Positions 25,712 through 34,160 of a DNA stretch of 64,000 bases are shown piece after piece. A model generated the notes under the pieces. It had not been told where the DNA came from, did not search any database, and was given only the letters and a program-made list of their open reading frames with translations. This stretch comes from an uncultured Thermoleophilia bacterium. GTDB lineage: Bacteria > Actinomycetota > Thermoleophilia > Gaiellales > Gaiellaceae. The position numbers and the translations under genes were made by a program. The DNA is taken from positions 285,208-349,207 of the forward strand of contig CAWFOB010000006.1 of assembly GCA_963817375.1 (NCBI GenBank), in the 5' to 3' direction. The stretch's first letter is position 1. The number at the start of each line of letters is the position of its first letter.

Positions 25712-26481
25712 TGCCTGCCGCCACGGTCGGCATGTCGCCTGCGCGGGCCAAGGCCGCGCGCCAGAAGAAGATCGCCATCGCCGGCGCGGTTCTCCTCGTG
25801 ATCGTAGGCGCGATCCAGGGGCCGAAGCTCATGAAACAGCTGAGCGGCCCGTCGACCAGCTCGACGCCGGCCCCGGCGGTCACGCCGCCGCCCATCGTGC
25901 CCGGTACGCCGGCCACTCCCGTGGCGACGGCACCGGCTGCGGGCACCGCGACCGATCGCCTGGCGTCGTTCGATACGTTCTCGAGCAAGGACCCGTTCAT
26001 CGTTCAGGTCAACGCAGACGGTACGGGTGGTACGTCCCTGTCGCAGAGCGGCTCGTCGGGCTCCAGCTCCGGCGCCGCAGCGCCTTCGGGCGGTACCGGC
26101 GGTGAGAGCACGTCCTCCACGGCCTCGGGCGGCACCGGCTCCTCCACGCCGGCAGGCGGAACGCTCGCGGCCAGCGCGGGCTTCACCGTCGCCGGCAGCG
26201 AGACGACTCCGCCCGCCTCGGCCGCGTTCGCCAGCGCCTCGCTCGAGGTCAACGGCAAGGTCACGACCGTCGATCAGGGAAGGACTTTTCCGGGCGACGA
26301 CCCTGTCTTCAAGCTGGCGAGCGTCTCCGCGAGCTCGGTCGTGATCGGGATCGCCGGAGGCTCGCTCAAGACTGGCGGCAAGACCGTCACCGTGGGCAAG
26401 GGCCAGCAGGTGACGCTCCAGAACACCGCGACCGGCAAGCGCTATCGCATCAAGGTCGTCTCGACGACGCCGAAGGGGTAG
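25711..26481 (+). CDS. PilP-like / unassigned membrane-anchored T4P accessory protein
   Basis: 1-nt overlap with the pilO stop. TM anchor, Pro/Thr linker, KDPF motif, Gly/Ser/Thr low-complexity stretch, and a C-terminal beta-rich domain. Confidence 0.5.
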   Translation: MPAATVGMSPARAKAARQKKIAIAGAVLLVIVGAIQGPKLMKQLSGPSTSSTPAPAVTPPPIVPGTPATPVATAPAAGTATDRLASFDTFSSKDPFIVQVNADGTGGTSLSQSGSSGSSSGAAAPSGGTGGESTSSTASGGTGSSTPAGGTLAASAGFTVAGSETTPPASAAFASASLEVNGKVTTVDQGRTFPGDDPVFKLASVSASSVVIGIAGGSLKTGGKTVTVGKGQQVTLQNTATGKRYRIKVVSTTPKG

Positions 26482-26485
26482 CGGC

Positions 26486-26992
26486 GTGCGGAAGGTTGTG
26501 CGCAGCGAGGAGGGGTTCGGGCTCGTCGAACTGACGATCGCGATGGCGATGATGTCGGTCGCGCTGCTCGCGCTCGTCGCGGCGATCAGCTCGGGCATCG
26601 TGACGCTCTCCCGCTCGGGTGTGGCGGCGACTGCCTCGACGCTCGCGGACAAGCAGATGGAGCGCTACCGCGCGCTGACGTATGCGGCGATCCAGCTCGA
26701 TTCCGCGTCGGTGACGACCGCGAATGGCAACAGTGTCTACAGCGGCGACTCGGCCTGGAGCGCAAGCCAGGTGACCGGTACCTGCTCGGGCGTGCCTGCC
26801 GAATGCAATCCCATGCAGACGGTGACGGGGCCGGACAACAAGAGCTACCGCATCGACTCCTACGTCGTCTACACGACGCCGTCCGGCGGCCGGCAGCTCA
26901 AGCAGGTCACCGTCGTCGTCCGCGACCCGAAGCACCTGACGGGGCCGGCACTTTCGCGCCTTCAGTCCCTGTTCGACCCGAACACGGGTTAG
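26486..26992 (+). CDS. Prepilin-type minor pilin (PilV-like)
   Basis: MRKVVRSEEG|FGLVELTIAMAMMSVALLALVAAISSG, with Glu at +5. Confidence 0.8.
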   Translation: MRKVVRSEEGFGLVELTIAMAMMSVALLALVAAISSGIVTLSRSGVAATASTLADKQMERYRALTYAAIQLDSASVTTANGNSVYSGDSAWSASQVTGTCSGVPAECNPMQTVTGPDNKSYRIDSYVVYTTPSGGRQLKQVTVVVRDPKHLTGPALSRLQSLFDPNTG

Positions 26993-27037
26993 CGCCTCAA
27001 GCACGGCGGACTGCGTGCCGATCACTACGGAGGAAAC

Positions 27038-28252
27038 ATGAGCACCTGGGCTTACACCGCGATCAACGAGCAGGGCCTCGAGTTCAAGGGTGAGCTCGAG
27101 GCGGGCGACGTCCGCACGGCGCGCGAGCAGCTGCGCTCCAAGGGCCTGCTGCCGTCCAGCCTGAGCCAGGTCGGCGCCGCCGAGCACGTGGCCGGCTCGG
27201 CCGGCTCGAACAAGAAGGTCAAGCCGAAGTCGCTCCAGGTCTTCTCCCGGCAGTTCGCGACGATGATCGAAGCCGGCATCAGCGTCGTCGGCGCGCTCGT
27301 CGTGCTCGAGCAGCAGACGGAGGATGCGACGCTGCTCGAGGTCATCAGCCAGGTCCGTTCGGACGTCGAGGCCGGGATGCTGCTCTCGGAGGCGATGGCC
27401 AAGCATCCGCGCGTCTTCGACCGGCTGTACATCGCGATGGTGGAGACGGGCGAGGCGGCCGGGATCCTGGACAAGGTGCTCGACCGCGTCGCCTTCCAGA
27501 TCGAGAAGGAGACGAAGATCAAGCGCCGGGTGAAGGGCGCCATGCTCTACCCGACGATCGTGCTCACGTTTGCCTCGATCGTCCTCGCCGGGATGCTGAT
27601 GTTCCTCGTCCCGATCTTCACGAAGATCTTCACCCAGCTGAACGGAGACCTGCCGACGCTGACCCAGTACGTCGTCACCGCGTCCAACCTGCTGCGCTCG
27701 TACTGGTTCGTGATCTTCCCGTCGATCGGCGCGGCGATCTACGGTTTCCGCCGCTGGAAGCAGAGCGCGGGCGGCCGGCGAATCTGGGACTCGCTCAAGC
27801 TGCGCATGCCGATGAAGATCGGCGACACCGTGCGCAAGGTGACGCTCGCGCGCTTCTCGCGCACGCTCTCGACGCTCGTCTCGGCCGGCGTCGACATCAT
27901 CAGGGCCCTCGAGATCACCGCGGCGACTGCCGGCAACTGGGTGATCGAGCAGTCCCTGCTCGAGGTGCGGGAGCGCGTGCACGACGGCGTGCCGATCTCG
28001 ACGCCGCTGGCCGAGGACCCGGCCTTTCCCGCAATGGTCGCGCACATGGTCAAGGTGGGCGAGGAGACCGGGGAGCTCGACAAGATGCTCGGCAAGGTCG
28101 CCGATTTCTACGAGGACGAGGTCGACACCGCGATCCAGACGCTGACGTCGATCATCGAGCCGGTGATGATGATCTGCGTCGGCATGGTCGTCGGGGTGAT
28201 CATCATCTCGATGTACCTGCCGATGTTCAAGATGCTCTCGCTCGTCAAGTAG
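27038..28252 (+). CDS. pilC: Type IV pilus platform protein PilC (GspF family)
   Basis: Two GspF repeats (FSRQFATMIEAGISVVGAL... / FSRTLSTLVSAGVDIIRAL...) and MVKVGEETGELDKML. 404 aa. Confidence 0.92.
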   Translation: MSTWAYTAINEQGLEFKGELEAGDVRTAREQLRSKGLLPSSLSQVGAAEHVAGSAGSNKKVKPKSLQVFSRQFATMIEAGISVVGALVVLEQQTEDATLLEVISQVRSDVEAGMLLSEAMAKHPRVFDRLYIAMVETGEAAGILDKVLDRVAFQIEKETKIKRRVKGAMLYPTIVLTFASIVLAGMLMFLVPIFTKIFTQLNGDLPTLTQYVVTASNLLRSYWFVIFPSIGAAIYGFRRWKQSAGGRRIWDSLKLRMPMKIGDTVRKVTLARFSRTLSTLVSAGVDIIRALEITAATAGNWVIEQSLLEVRERVHDGVPISTPLAEDPAFPAMVAHMVKVGEETGELDKMLGKVADFYEDEVDTAIQTLTSIIEPVMMICVGMVVGVIIISMYLPMFKMLSLVK

Positions 28253-28290
28253 CGGTTAGGTACTCGCGCGCGCGAGGGCGCGGCCGTCCG

Positions 28291-29304
28291 CTACAGCAGG
28301 CGCGGGTCGAGCAGCGCCCGCAGGCCGGACACGACCCGGTCGGCGCCGAACCCTTCGAGGAGCGCCGACGCATGGCCTGACCCGACGCCGATGACGTGCA
28401 TTCCGGCCGCGTGCCCGGCTGCGACGCCGGCGGGCGCTCCGGTGATCGCGACTGCGGAGGCCGGGTCGACGCCGAGGCGATCGCAGGCGAAGAGCAGCAC
28501 GTCAGGGGCAGGGCGCGAACGGAGCTCGGTTGCACTCCTGACACCCGCGTCGATGCGTTCCTCGACGAGGGCGTCCAGGCGCGCGCGCTCGAGGATCTCC
28601 TCGGTGCTCGCGCTCGCCGAGACGACGCCGCGCTCGATGCCGGCGCGGCCGGCGGCGTCGAGGAAGCGATGCGCTCCCGGCACTGCGCGCACGCCACGGC
28701 TGTGCAGAGCGTGTTCGAGGGCGACGCCCTTGCGGAGCGCGACGCCGCACGCGGTGTTCGCGTCTGCCCCTTCGTCCCACCGCCCCTCCGGGATGCGGAT
28801 CCCGCGGCTGGAGAGGAACGCATGGATCGCCTCGAGCCGGGGCCGTCCGTCGATGTACTCGACGTAGTCGGCGTCGGGGTCGAAGGGGATGAAGCGCCAG
28901 CCGAGCTTGTCGCTCAGCTGAAGGAGCAGGTTGTCGAAGACCTCGGCCCAGGCGGCCGCATGCAGCGCGCCGCTGTCGGTCAGGACGCCGTCGAGGTCGA
29001 CCAGGCATGCCTGCGTGGCGCGCGGCAGGCCGAGGAGCTCGGCCGTCACCGGCACCGGTGACAGCCAGGGCGCCGGACGCGCGCCCGTATCGTGTGCGAG
29101 CGCGGCGAGGAGCAGGACGGTCTCGGCGCGCTCGTGCTGGAGCTCGGGGCCGCGTCCCAGGCCGTTTGCGTCGACGGCGCGCTGCTCGGCGTCGAGCGCG
29201 TGCTGCCAGAGGTCGGCGAGGCGCTGAACCGAGACCTGCTCGGGTGGGACGAGCTCCAGTGGTGCGGGGGAGGTCTCTCGCCGGATCGGTGCCTCTGCGA
29301 TCAC
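28291..29304 (-). CDS. HAD-superfamily hydrolase (beta-phosphoglucomutase-like) with N-terminal extension
   Basis: Motif I CLVDLDGVLTDS, then ...GVVSASAS... and ITGAPAGVAAGHAAGMHVIGVG. GTG 29304 overlaps the upstream TGA (GTGA). The literal ORF extends to 29391. Confidence 0.8.
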   Translation of the reverse strand: MIAEAPIRRETSPAPLELVPPEQVSVQRLADLWQHALDAEQRAVDANGLGRGPELQHERAETVLLLAALAHDTGARPAPWLSPVPVTAELLGLPRATQACLVDLDGVLTDSGALHAAAWAEVFDNLLLQLSDKLGWRFIPFDPDADYVEYIDGRPRLEAIHAFLSSRGIRIPEGRWDEGADANTACGVALRKGVALEHALHSRGVRAVPGAHRFLDAAGRAGIERGVVSASASTEEILERARLDALVEERIDAGVRSATELRSRPAPDVLLFACDRLGVDPASAVAITGAPAGVAAGHAAGMHVIGVGSGHASALLEGFGADRVVSGLRALLDPRLL

Positions 29305-30113
29305 GTTTCCAGCGTGGCCGCACGCGGTCTGCGCCGCATCCGGATTCTGTACCGAGCCCGGTGCCGCTTTAGCGCAGCCGCGCGACGGCACGGTCCAGCT
29401 CTGCCGGGGTCGCCCCGGCGTCGAGCAGGAACTGCCCGGACCGAGCCGTGCCGCCGCTCGAGCTCGGCGAGCACGCCGCGCATCGCGTCGGGCGGGCAGA
29501 AGCCGATCTGGCGGCGCCGCTCACGGTCGTCGTCGGTCTCGGCGTCCGCCTCCCAGGCCTGCTGGATCGAGGTCAGGTTGCGCTCGCTGATCGCGTAGTC
29601 GGCGGCGATCTCGTCGTCGGGGACGCCGGCCAGGCTCAGCAGCAATGCGACGACGAGGCCGGTGCGGTCCTTGCCGCCCTGGCAGTGGACGAGCACGCCG
29701 CCGGGCGGCGCGTCGGCGACGGCGCGGACCGCTGCCGCCCAGTTGGGGCCGAAGCGCTCGAGGAAGTCGAGGTAGACGGCCTTCGTCTTCTCGGCCGGCG
29801 TCTCGATAGCGTCGACGAGCGCGTCCAGCTGCTCGCCGTAGTCGGCCGGCGAGCCGGCCAGCACGTTGACGTGCACGACCTCGATGGGGATCTCCGCCGG
29901 CGGATCAGCCTCGCGCTCCTCGTCCATGCGCAGGTCGACGATCGTCGAGATGCCGTGGCCGGTGAGCTCGCGCCAGCCCTCGTCGGTCAGGCGCTTGAGC
30001 GCGTCGGAGCGGACGATCGCGCCCCAGCGCGTCTCGCCGTCGGGAGTCGGGTGGCCGCCGAGGTCGCGGACGTTCAGGCACGCATCCCACCTGAGTTGGC
30101 GTTCGGTCTGCAC
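29301..30113 (-). CDS. Protein tyrosine/serine phosphatase (Y_phosphatase3-like)
   Basis: P-loop VLVHCQGGKDRTG (CX5R). ORF 29301..30113. Confidence 0.8.
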   Translation of the reverse strand: MQTERQLRWDACLNVRDLGGHPTPDGETRWGAIVRSDALKRLTDEGWRELTGHGISTIVDLRMDEEREADPPAEIPIEVVHVNVLAGSPADYGEQLDALVDAIETPAEKTKAVYLDFLERFGPNWAAAVRAVADAPPGGVLVHCQGGKDRTGLVVALLLSLAGVPDDEIAADYAISERNLTSIQQAWEADAETDDDRERRRQIGFCPPDAMRGVLAELERRHGSVRAVPARRRGDPGRAGPCRRAAALKRHRARYRIRMRRRPRAATLET

Positions 30114-30144
30114 CGCGACAGGATACGAGCGTACGACGCGCGGC

Positions 30145-30934
30145 TCACGCGACCTCGATCGACGCGCGCCGGCGCGCCTGGCGCTCCATGAGGCGGATCA
30201 GGCCGTAGCCGAGCACGGCGAACGCCGTCCCGAGCGCCGCCTCCTTCGCCACGAGCCCGCTGACATCGGCGAGCGAGGCGCCGTCCGCGACCAGTCGGGC
30301 CGCCTGGATGCCGTGCGTGATCGGCAGCCAGCCCGAGATCGTCGACATCCAGCTCGGGAGCGTGGCGAGCGGGACGTTCGCGCCGGTGAAGATGAGCAGC
30401 ACGCCGAAGATCACGTTGGCGAGCACGGCCGTCTCGCGAATGCGCAGGCCGAGGCCCGCGCTGATCAGGCCGAACCCCGTGCACGAGTAGGCGGTGACGA
30501 GGACGACGAGGGCGAGCGGGGCGAACGAGCCCGGCGGGGACGTGCACCCCGAGCACGAGCCCGCCGAGCAGCAGCGAGAGCGCTGCAACGAACGCGCCGT
30601 TGATGACGACCGGGAGCGCGCGCCCGAGGAAGATCGGGATGCGGCCGGCCGGCGACACGAGGATGTAGGCGAGCGTGTTCTCGTGGCGCTCGCCGGCGAT
30701 GGTGTTGGTCATCGCGAAGAGGCAGGGGATCGACGCGTACTGCAGCGCGTTGCCGATCACGAAGAACTTGTCGGAGGCGATCCCGGTCGTGCGGCCGATG
30801 TACGCGAAGAGGAGGATCTGGAATAGCGGCCCGATCACGAGCGTCGGGATGTAGATCCACGGCGAGACCCAGCCGAACAGCGCGCGGAAGCTCGTCATCC
30901 CGCCGATGAAGAAGATGCGCAGCGAGATGGTCAC
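30145..30934 (-). pseudogene. ABC-2 type transporter permease, reading frame interrupted near 30530..30532
   Basis: GTG 30934 overlaps the upstream TGA. The N-terminal 134 codons lie in the frame of ORF 30074..31255, and the C-terminal part lies in the frame of ORF 30145..30588. The length of 790 nt is not a multiple of 3. Confidence 0.65.
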
Positions 30935-31677
30935 GTCAGGGAGAGCGCGGCGCGGGCGCGCGCGGCCGTCAGCGCCCGCTCGAGCACGAGGATCCCGAGC
31001 GCGATGTACAGGGCGCCCAGGGCGACGCAGAGGGCGAGGTCGGGCCACGGCGTCCCGCCGAGCGACGACTGGCGGATCGCGTTCATGCCCCAGGTCGGCG
31101 CGAGGATCCACGAGATCGGCCGCACCCAGCCCGGGAGCAGCGCGAGCGGCACGAGGAAGCCGCAGATCAGCCAGACGGGATACTCGAGCAGGTTGCCGAG
31201 CGCCCACGCAGTGCGGTAGCGCACGAACGACACGGCCAGCAGGAAGCCCGCACACCCGATCGAGATCACGGTTGCCGGAACGGCGAGCACGAACGCGGGC
31301 CAGTGCACGACGGAGAACTCGATCCCGAACGCGAGCCGTCCCCAGAGGAGCGTCGCGACCATCGAGTAGAGGCCGATCGTCGCCATCGCGACCGTGACCG
31401 GCAGCAGGATCAGCGCGAACGGCGAGGGGGAGGCGACAAGCACCTCGAGCGTGCCGTGCCAGCGCTCACGCTGCATCGCCGACCCGGCGGTCGTGCTCGT
31501 GCAGGCCCAGATCCCCATCACGCCGGCGCCGAGCGCGGCGTAGAGCAGCGATGTGGCGCCGCCGTGGATCCGGAACATCAGGAAGGCGACCGTCGCGAAG
31601 AACATCGGGTAGAGCACGGCGAAGATCCCCGTGAACGGGTCGCGCCACTGCATCTTCAGCTGGAAGAACCAGCCCAT
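30931..31677 (-). CDS. ABC-2 type transporter permease
   Basis: ORF 30931..31677. Six hydrophobic segments, MGWFFQLKMQWRDPFTGIFAVLYPMFF.... Confidence 0.8.
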   Translation of the reverse strand: MGWFFQLKMQWRDPFTGIFAVLYPMFFATVAFLMFRIHGGATSLLYAALGAGVMGIWACTSTTAGSAMQRERWHGTLEVLVASPSPFALILLPVTVAMATIGLYSMVATLLWGRLAFGIEFSVVHWPAFVLAVPATVISIGCAGFLLAVSFVRYRTAWALGNLLEYPVWLICGFLVPLALLPGWVRPISWILAPTWGMNAIRQSSLGGTPWPDLALCVALGALYIALGILVLERALTAARARAALSLT

Positions 31678-31701
31678 CCGCAGCAGGCGCAGCGGAGCGC
31701 A

Positions 31702-32677
31702 TCAGTCGGCGCCCTCGCCGACGAGCGACGACGTAGGCGTCCTCGAGCGTCGGCTCGCGTGCGGCGACCCGCCCGACGCGGATTCCGTCCAGGTGGGCGA
31801 GCAGCGTCTGCGTCAGCTCGAGCCCCCGGGCCGACTGCACGAGCACGAGCTGCGCCTGGTCGCGGTCCTCGACCCAGACCGAGGCGACGCCGGGGATCCC
31901 GCGCAGGCGGTCGACGGCCTCGGCGCCGACGCCGTACGTCTCGATCTCGACCACCGTCCGGTCCGCGACCAGCTGCTTGAGGCTGTCCGGCGTCCCCTCG
32001 GCGACGATCTGGCCCTCCGCGATCACGGCCAGGCGGTCGCAGAGCGCGTCGGCCTCGAACATGTAGTGCGTCGTCAGCAGCACGGTCTTCCCGGCCGCCG
32101 TGAGCGACGCGATGAGGGCGCGGAGCTCGCGCGCGCCGACCGGGTCGAGGCCGATCGTCGGCTCGTCCAGGAAGACGACCGGCGGGTCGTGCAGGAGGCC
32201 GCGGGCGACGTGCAGGCGCTGCTTCATCCCGCGCGAGTAGCCCTCGACGCGCTCCTGCTCGCGGCCCTTCAGCCCGACGAGCTCGAGCAGGTGGTCGATG
32301 CGCGGCCGCTGCTCGCGGCTCGGCACGCCGTAGAGCTCGGCGAAGTAGCGCAGGTTGTCGAGCCCGGACAGGCGCTCGTAGACGCCGCGCTCGCCGCCGA
32401 ACACGTAGCCGATCTGCCTGCGCACCTCGCGCGGCTCGGACACGACGTCGTGGCCGAGCACGCGCGCCGACCCCGACGTCGGGATCAGCAGCGTGATCAG
32501 CATCTTGATCGTGGTCGTCTTGCCGGCCCCGTTCGGGCCGAGCAGGCCGAAGAGCTCGCCCTCGCCGACCTCGAAGCTGACGCCGCGCACCGCCTCCACC
32601 TCGAGCGTCTTGCGACGGATCGTCCCGGTGCTGGTCTTGTAGGTCCGCCGCAGGTTCTCGGCCTCGATCACCGCCAT
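31702..32677 (-). CDS. ABC transporter ATP-binding protein (DrrA-like); 3' end apparently frameshifted
   Basis: Walker A GPNGAGKTTT, signature YSRGMKQRL, Walker B VVFLDEPTIGLD. The literal ORF runs to 31466, across the next gene. A 1-nt shift near 31726..31730 gives ...EDAYVSLVGEGAD-TGA at 31702. Confidence 0.8.
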
Positions 32678-32687
32678 CGGTTACAAC

Positions 32688-34160
32688 CTACTGACCACCC
32701 CAGCCGCCACCGCCCGGCGTCTCGATCGTGACCACCTCGCCGGTCTCGAGCGTGACGTCGGCCTTCGCCGGCAGCGGCTCGCCGTTCAGCAGGTTCCGGC
32801 CCGGCTCGCCTGGCGCGCCGCCGGCCGCGCCCTGCGGCGCTCGCTCCCGCCGCTCGGACACGACCGACAGTCGGCACTCCTCCAGAACGCGCAGCTCGCG
32901 CACCACGCCGTCGCCGCCGCGGTGGCGGCCCGCGCCGCCGGAGCCGAGCCGCAGCGCCCAGCGCTCGACGCGGATCGGGTAGCCGAGCTCGAGCGCCTCG
33001 ACCGGCGTGGCGAGCGTGTTCGACATCGTCACGTGGACGCCGCTCGGCCCATCCGCGTCCGGGCACCCGCCCTGGCCGCCCCCGATGGTCTCGTAGTACG
33101 TGAACCGCTCGTTGCCGAGCGTGACGTTGTTCATCGTCCCCTGGCCCTGCGCCGGCACCGGCACCGCCTCGCCGAAGGCGCGCATGACGACGTCGACGAT
33201 CCGGCACGACGTCTCGACGTTGCCGGCCGCGACCGCCCGGGGCGGGCGCGCGTTCACGAGCGAGCCCGACGGGGCGCGCACCGAGACGGGTGCGAAGGCG
33301 CCGCCCGACGCGGGGAGGTCGGGCTCCGTCAGGCAGCGTACGACGAAGAAGCACGCCGAGCGTGTCACCGAGAGCGGGCAGTTCAGGTTCCCGGCGTGCT
33401 CGGCCGCGGTGCCGGAGAAGTCGATCTCGACCGTGTCGCCCGCGACGGTGACGGCGCAGCGGACGGGAAGCAGGCCTTCGGGCGCCTCGAGCACGTCCTC
33501 GGCCTCGTAGCGTCCGTCGGCGATCCGTGCGATCGCCGCCCGCACGAGCGTCTCCGAATCCCGCAGCAGCGCCGCCGAGGCGTCGCGCAGCCGCGTCGCC
33601 CCCTTGCGGGCGCAAAGCTCGGCCACTCGCCGCTCGGCGAGGCGGTTGGCGGCGAGCTGCGCCCGCAGGTCGCCGCGGCGCTCGTCGGGGTTGCGCATCC
33701 GCGCGACGAGCTCCTCGAGCATTGCCTCGTCGAGGCGTGTCGGCGGGATGACGACGCCCTCCTCGGCGAGCGTGTGCGAGCCCGCGGGCATGCTCCCCGG
33801 CTCGACGGCGCCGACGTCCGCGTGGTGCGCGCGCGTCGCCGCGAAGCCGAGCTCCGTGCACGAGACGGTGGTGATGTCCGGGAGGTGGGTGCCGCCCGAA
33901 TACGGGTCGTTGAGGATCCAGGTCTCGCCCGGCTGGGGGTCGTGCCCGATCACGGCGGCGACGGCGTCGGGCATCGCTCCGAGGTGCACGGGGATGTGCT
34001 CGACCTGGGCGACCAGTTGCCCGCGCTCGTCGAAGAGCGCCGTCGAGCAGTCGCGCCGCTCCTTGATGTTCGCCGAGAACGCAGAGCGGACGAGCACCGC
34101 GCCCATCTCCTCGGCGACGGCGCGGAGCGCGCTGCCGAGCACCTGCAGCTCGACGCTCAC
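32688..34160 (-). CDS. hyuB: Hydantoinase B / oxoprolinase family protein
   Basis: GTG 34160 overlaps the hyuA TGA. ...[23 protein letters not shown]...HIPVHLGAM...[12 protein letters not shown].... Confidence 0.85.
   Translation of the reverse strand: MSVELQVLGSALRAVAEEMGAVLVRSAFSANIKERRDCSTALFDERGQLVAQVEHIPVHLGAMPDAVAAVIGHDPQPGETWILNDPYSGGTHLPDITTVSCTELGFAATRAHHADVGAVEPGSMPAGSHTLAEEGVVIPPTRLDEAMLEELVARMRNPDERRGDLRAQLAANRLAERRVAELCARKGATRLRDASAALLRDSETLVRAAIARIADGRYEAEDVLEAPEGLLPVRCAVTVAGDTVEIDFSGTAAEHAGNLNCPLSVTRSACFFVVRCLTEPDLPASGGAFAPVSVRAPSGSLVNARPPRAVAAGNVETSCRIVDVVMRAFGEAVPVPAQGQGTMNNVTLGNERFTYYETIGGGQGGCPDADGPSGVHVTMSNTLATPVEALELGYPIRVERWALRLGSGGAGRHRGGDGVVRELRVLEECRLSVVSERRERAPQGAAGGAPGEPGRNLLNGEPLPAKADVTLETGEVVTIETPGGGGWGGQ

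Noticed and set aside
28253-28290. GC palindrome ctcgcgcgcgcgag between convergent pilC and the HAD gene, considered as a bidirectional terminator.
   Set aside because: It is an alternating CG tract with no loop and no T/A tracts. That is too weak to call.
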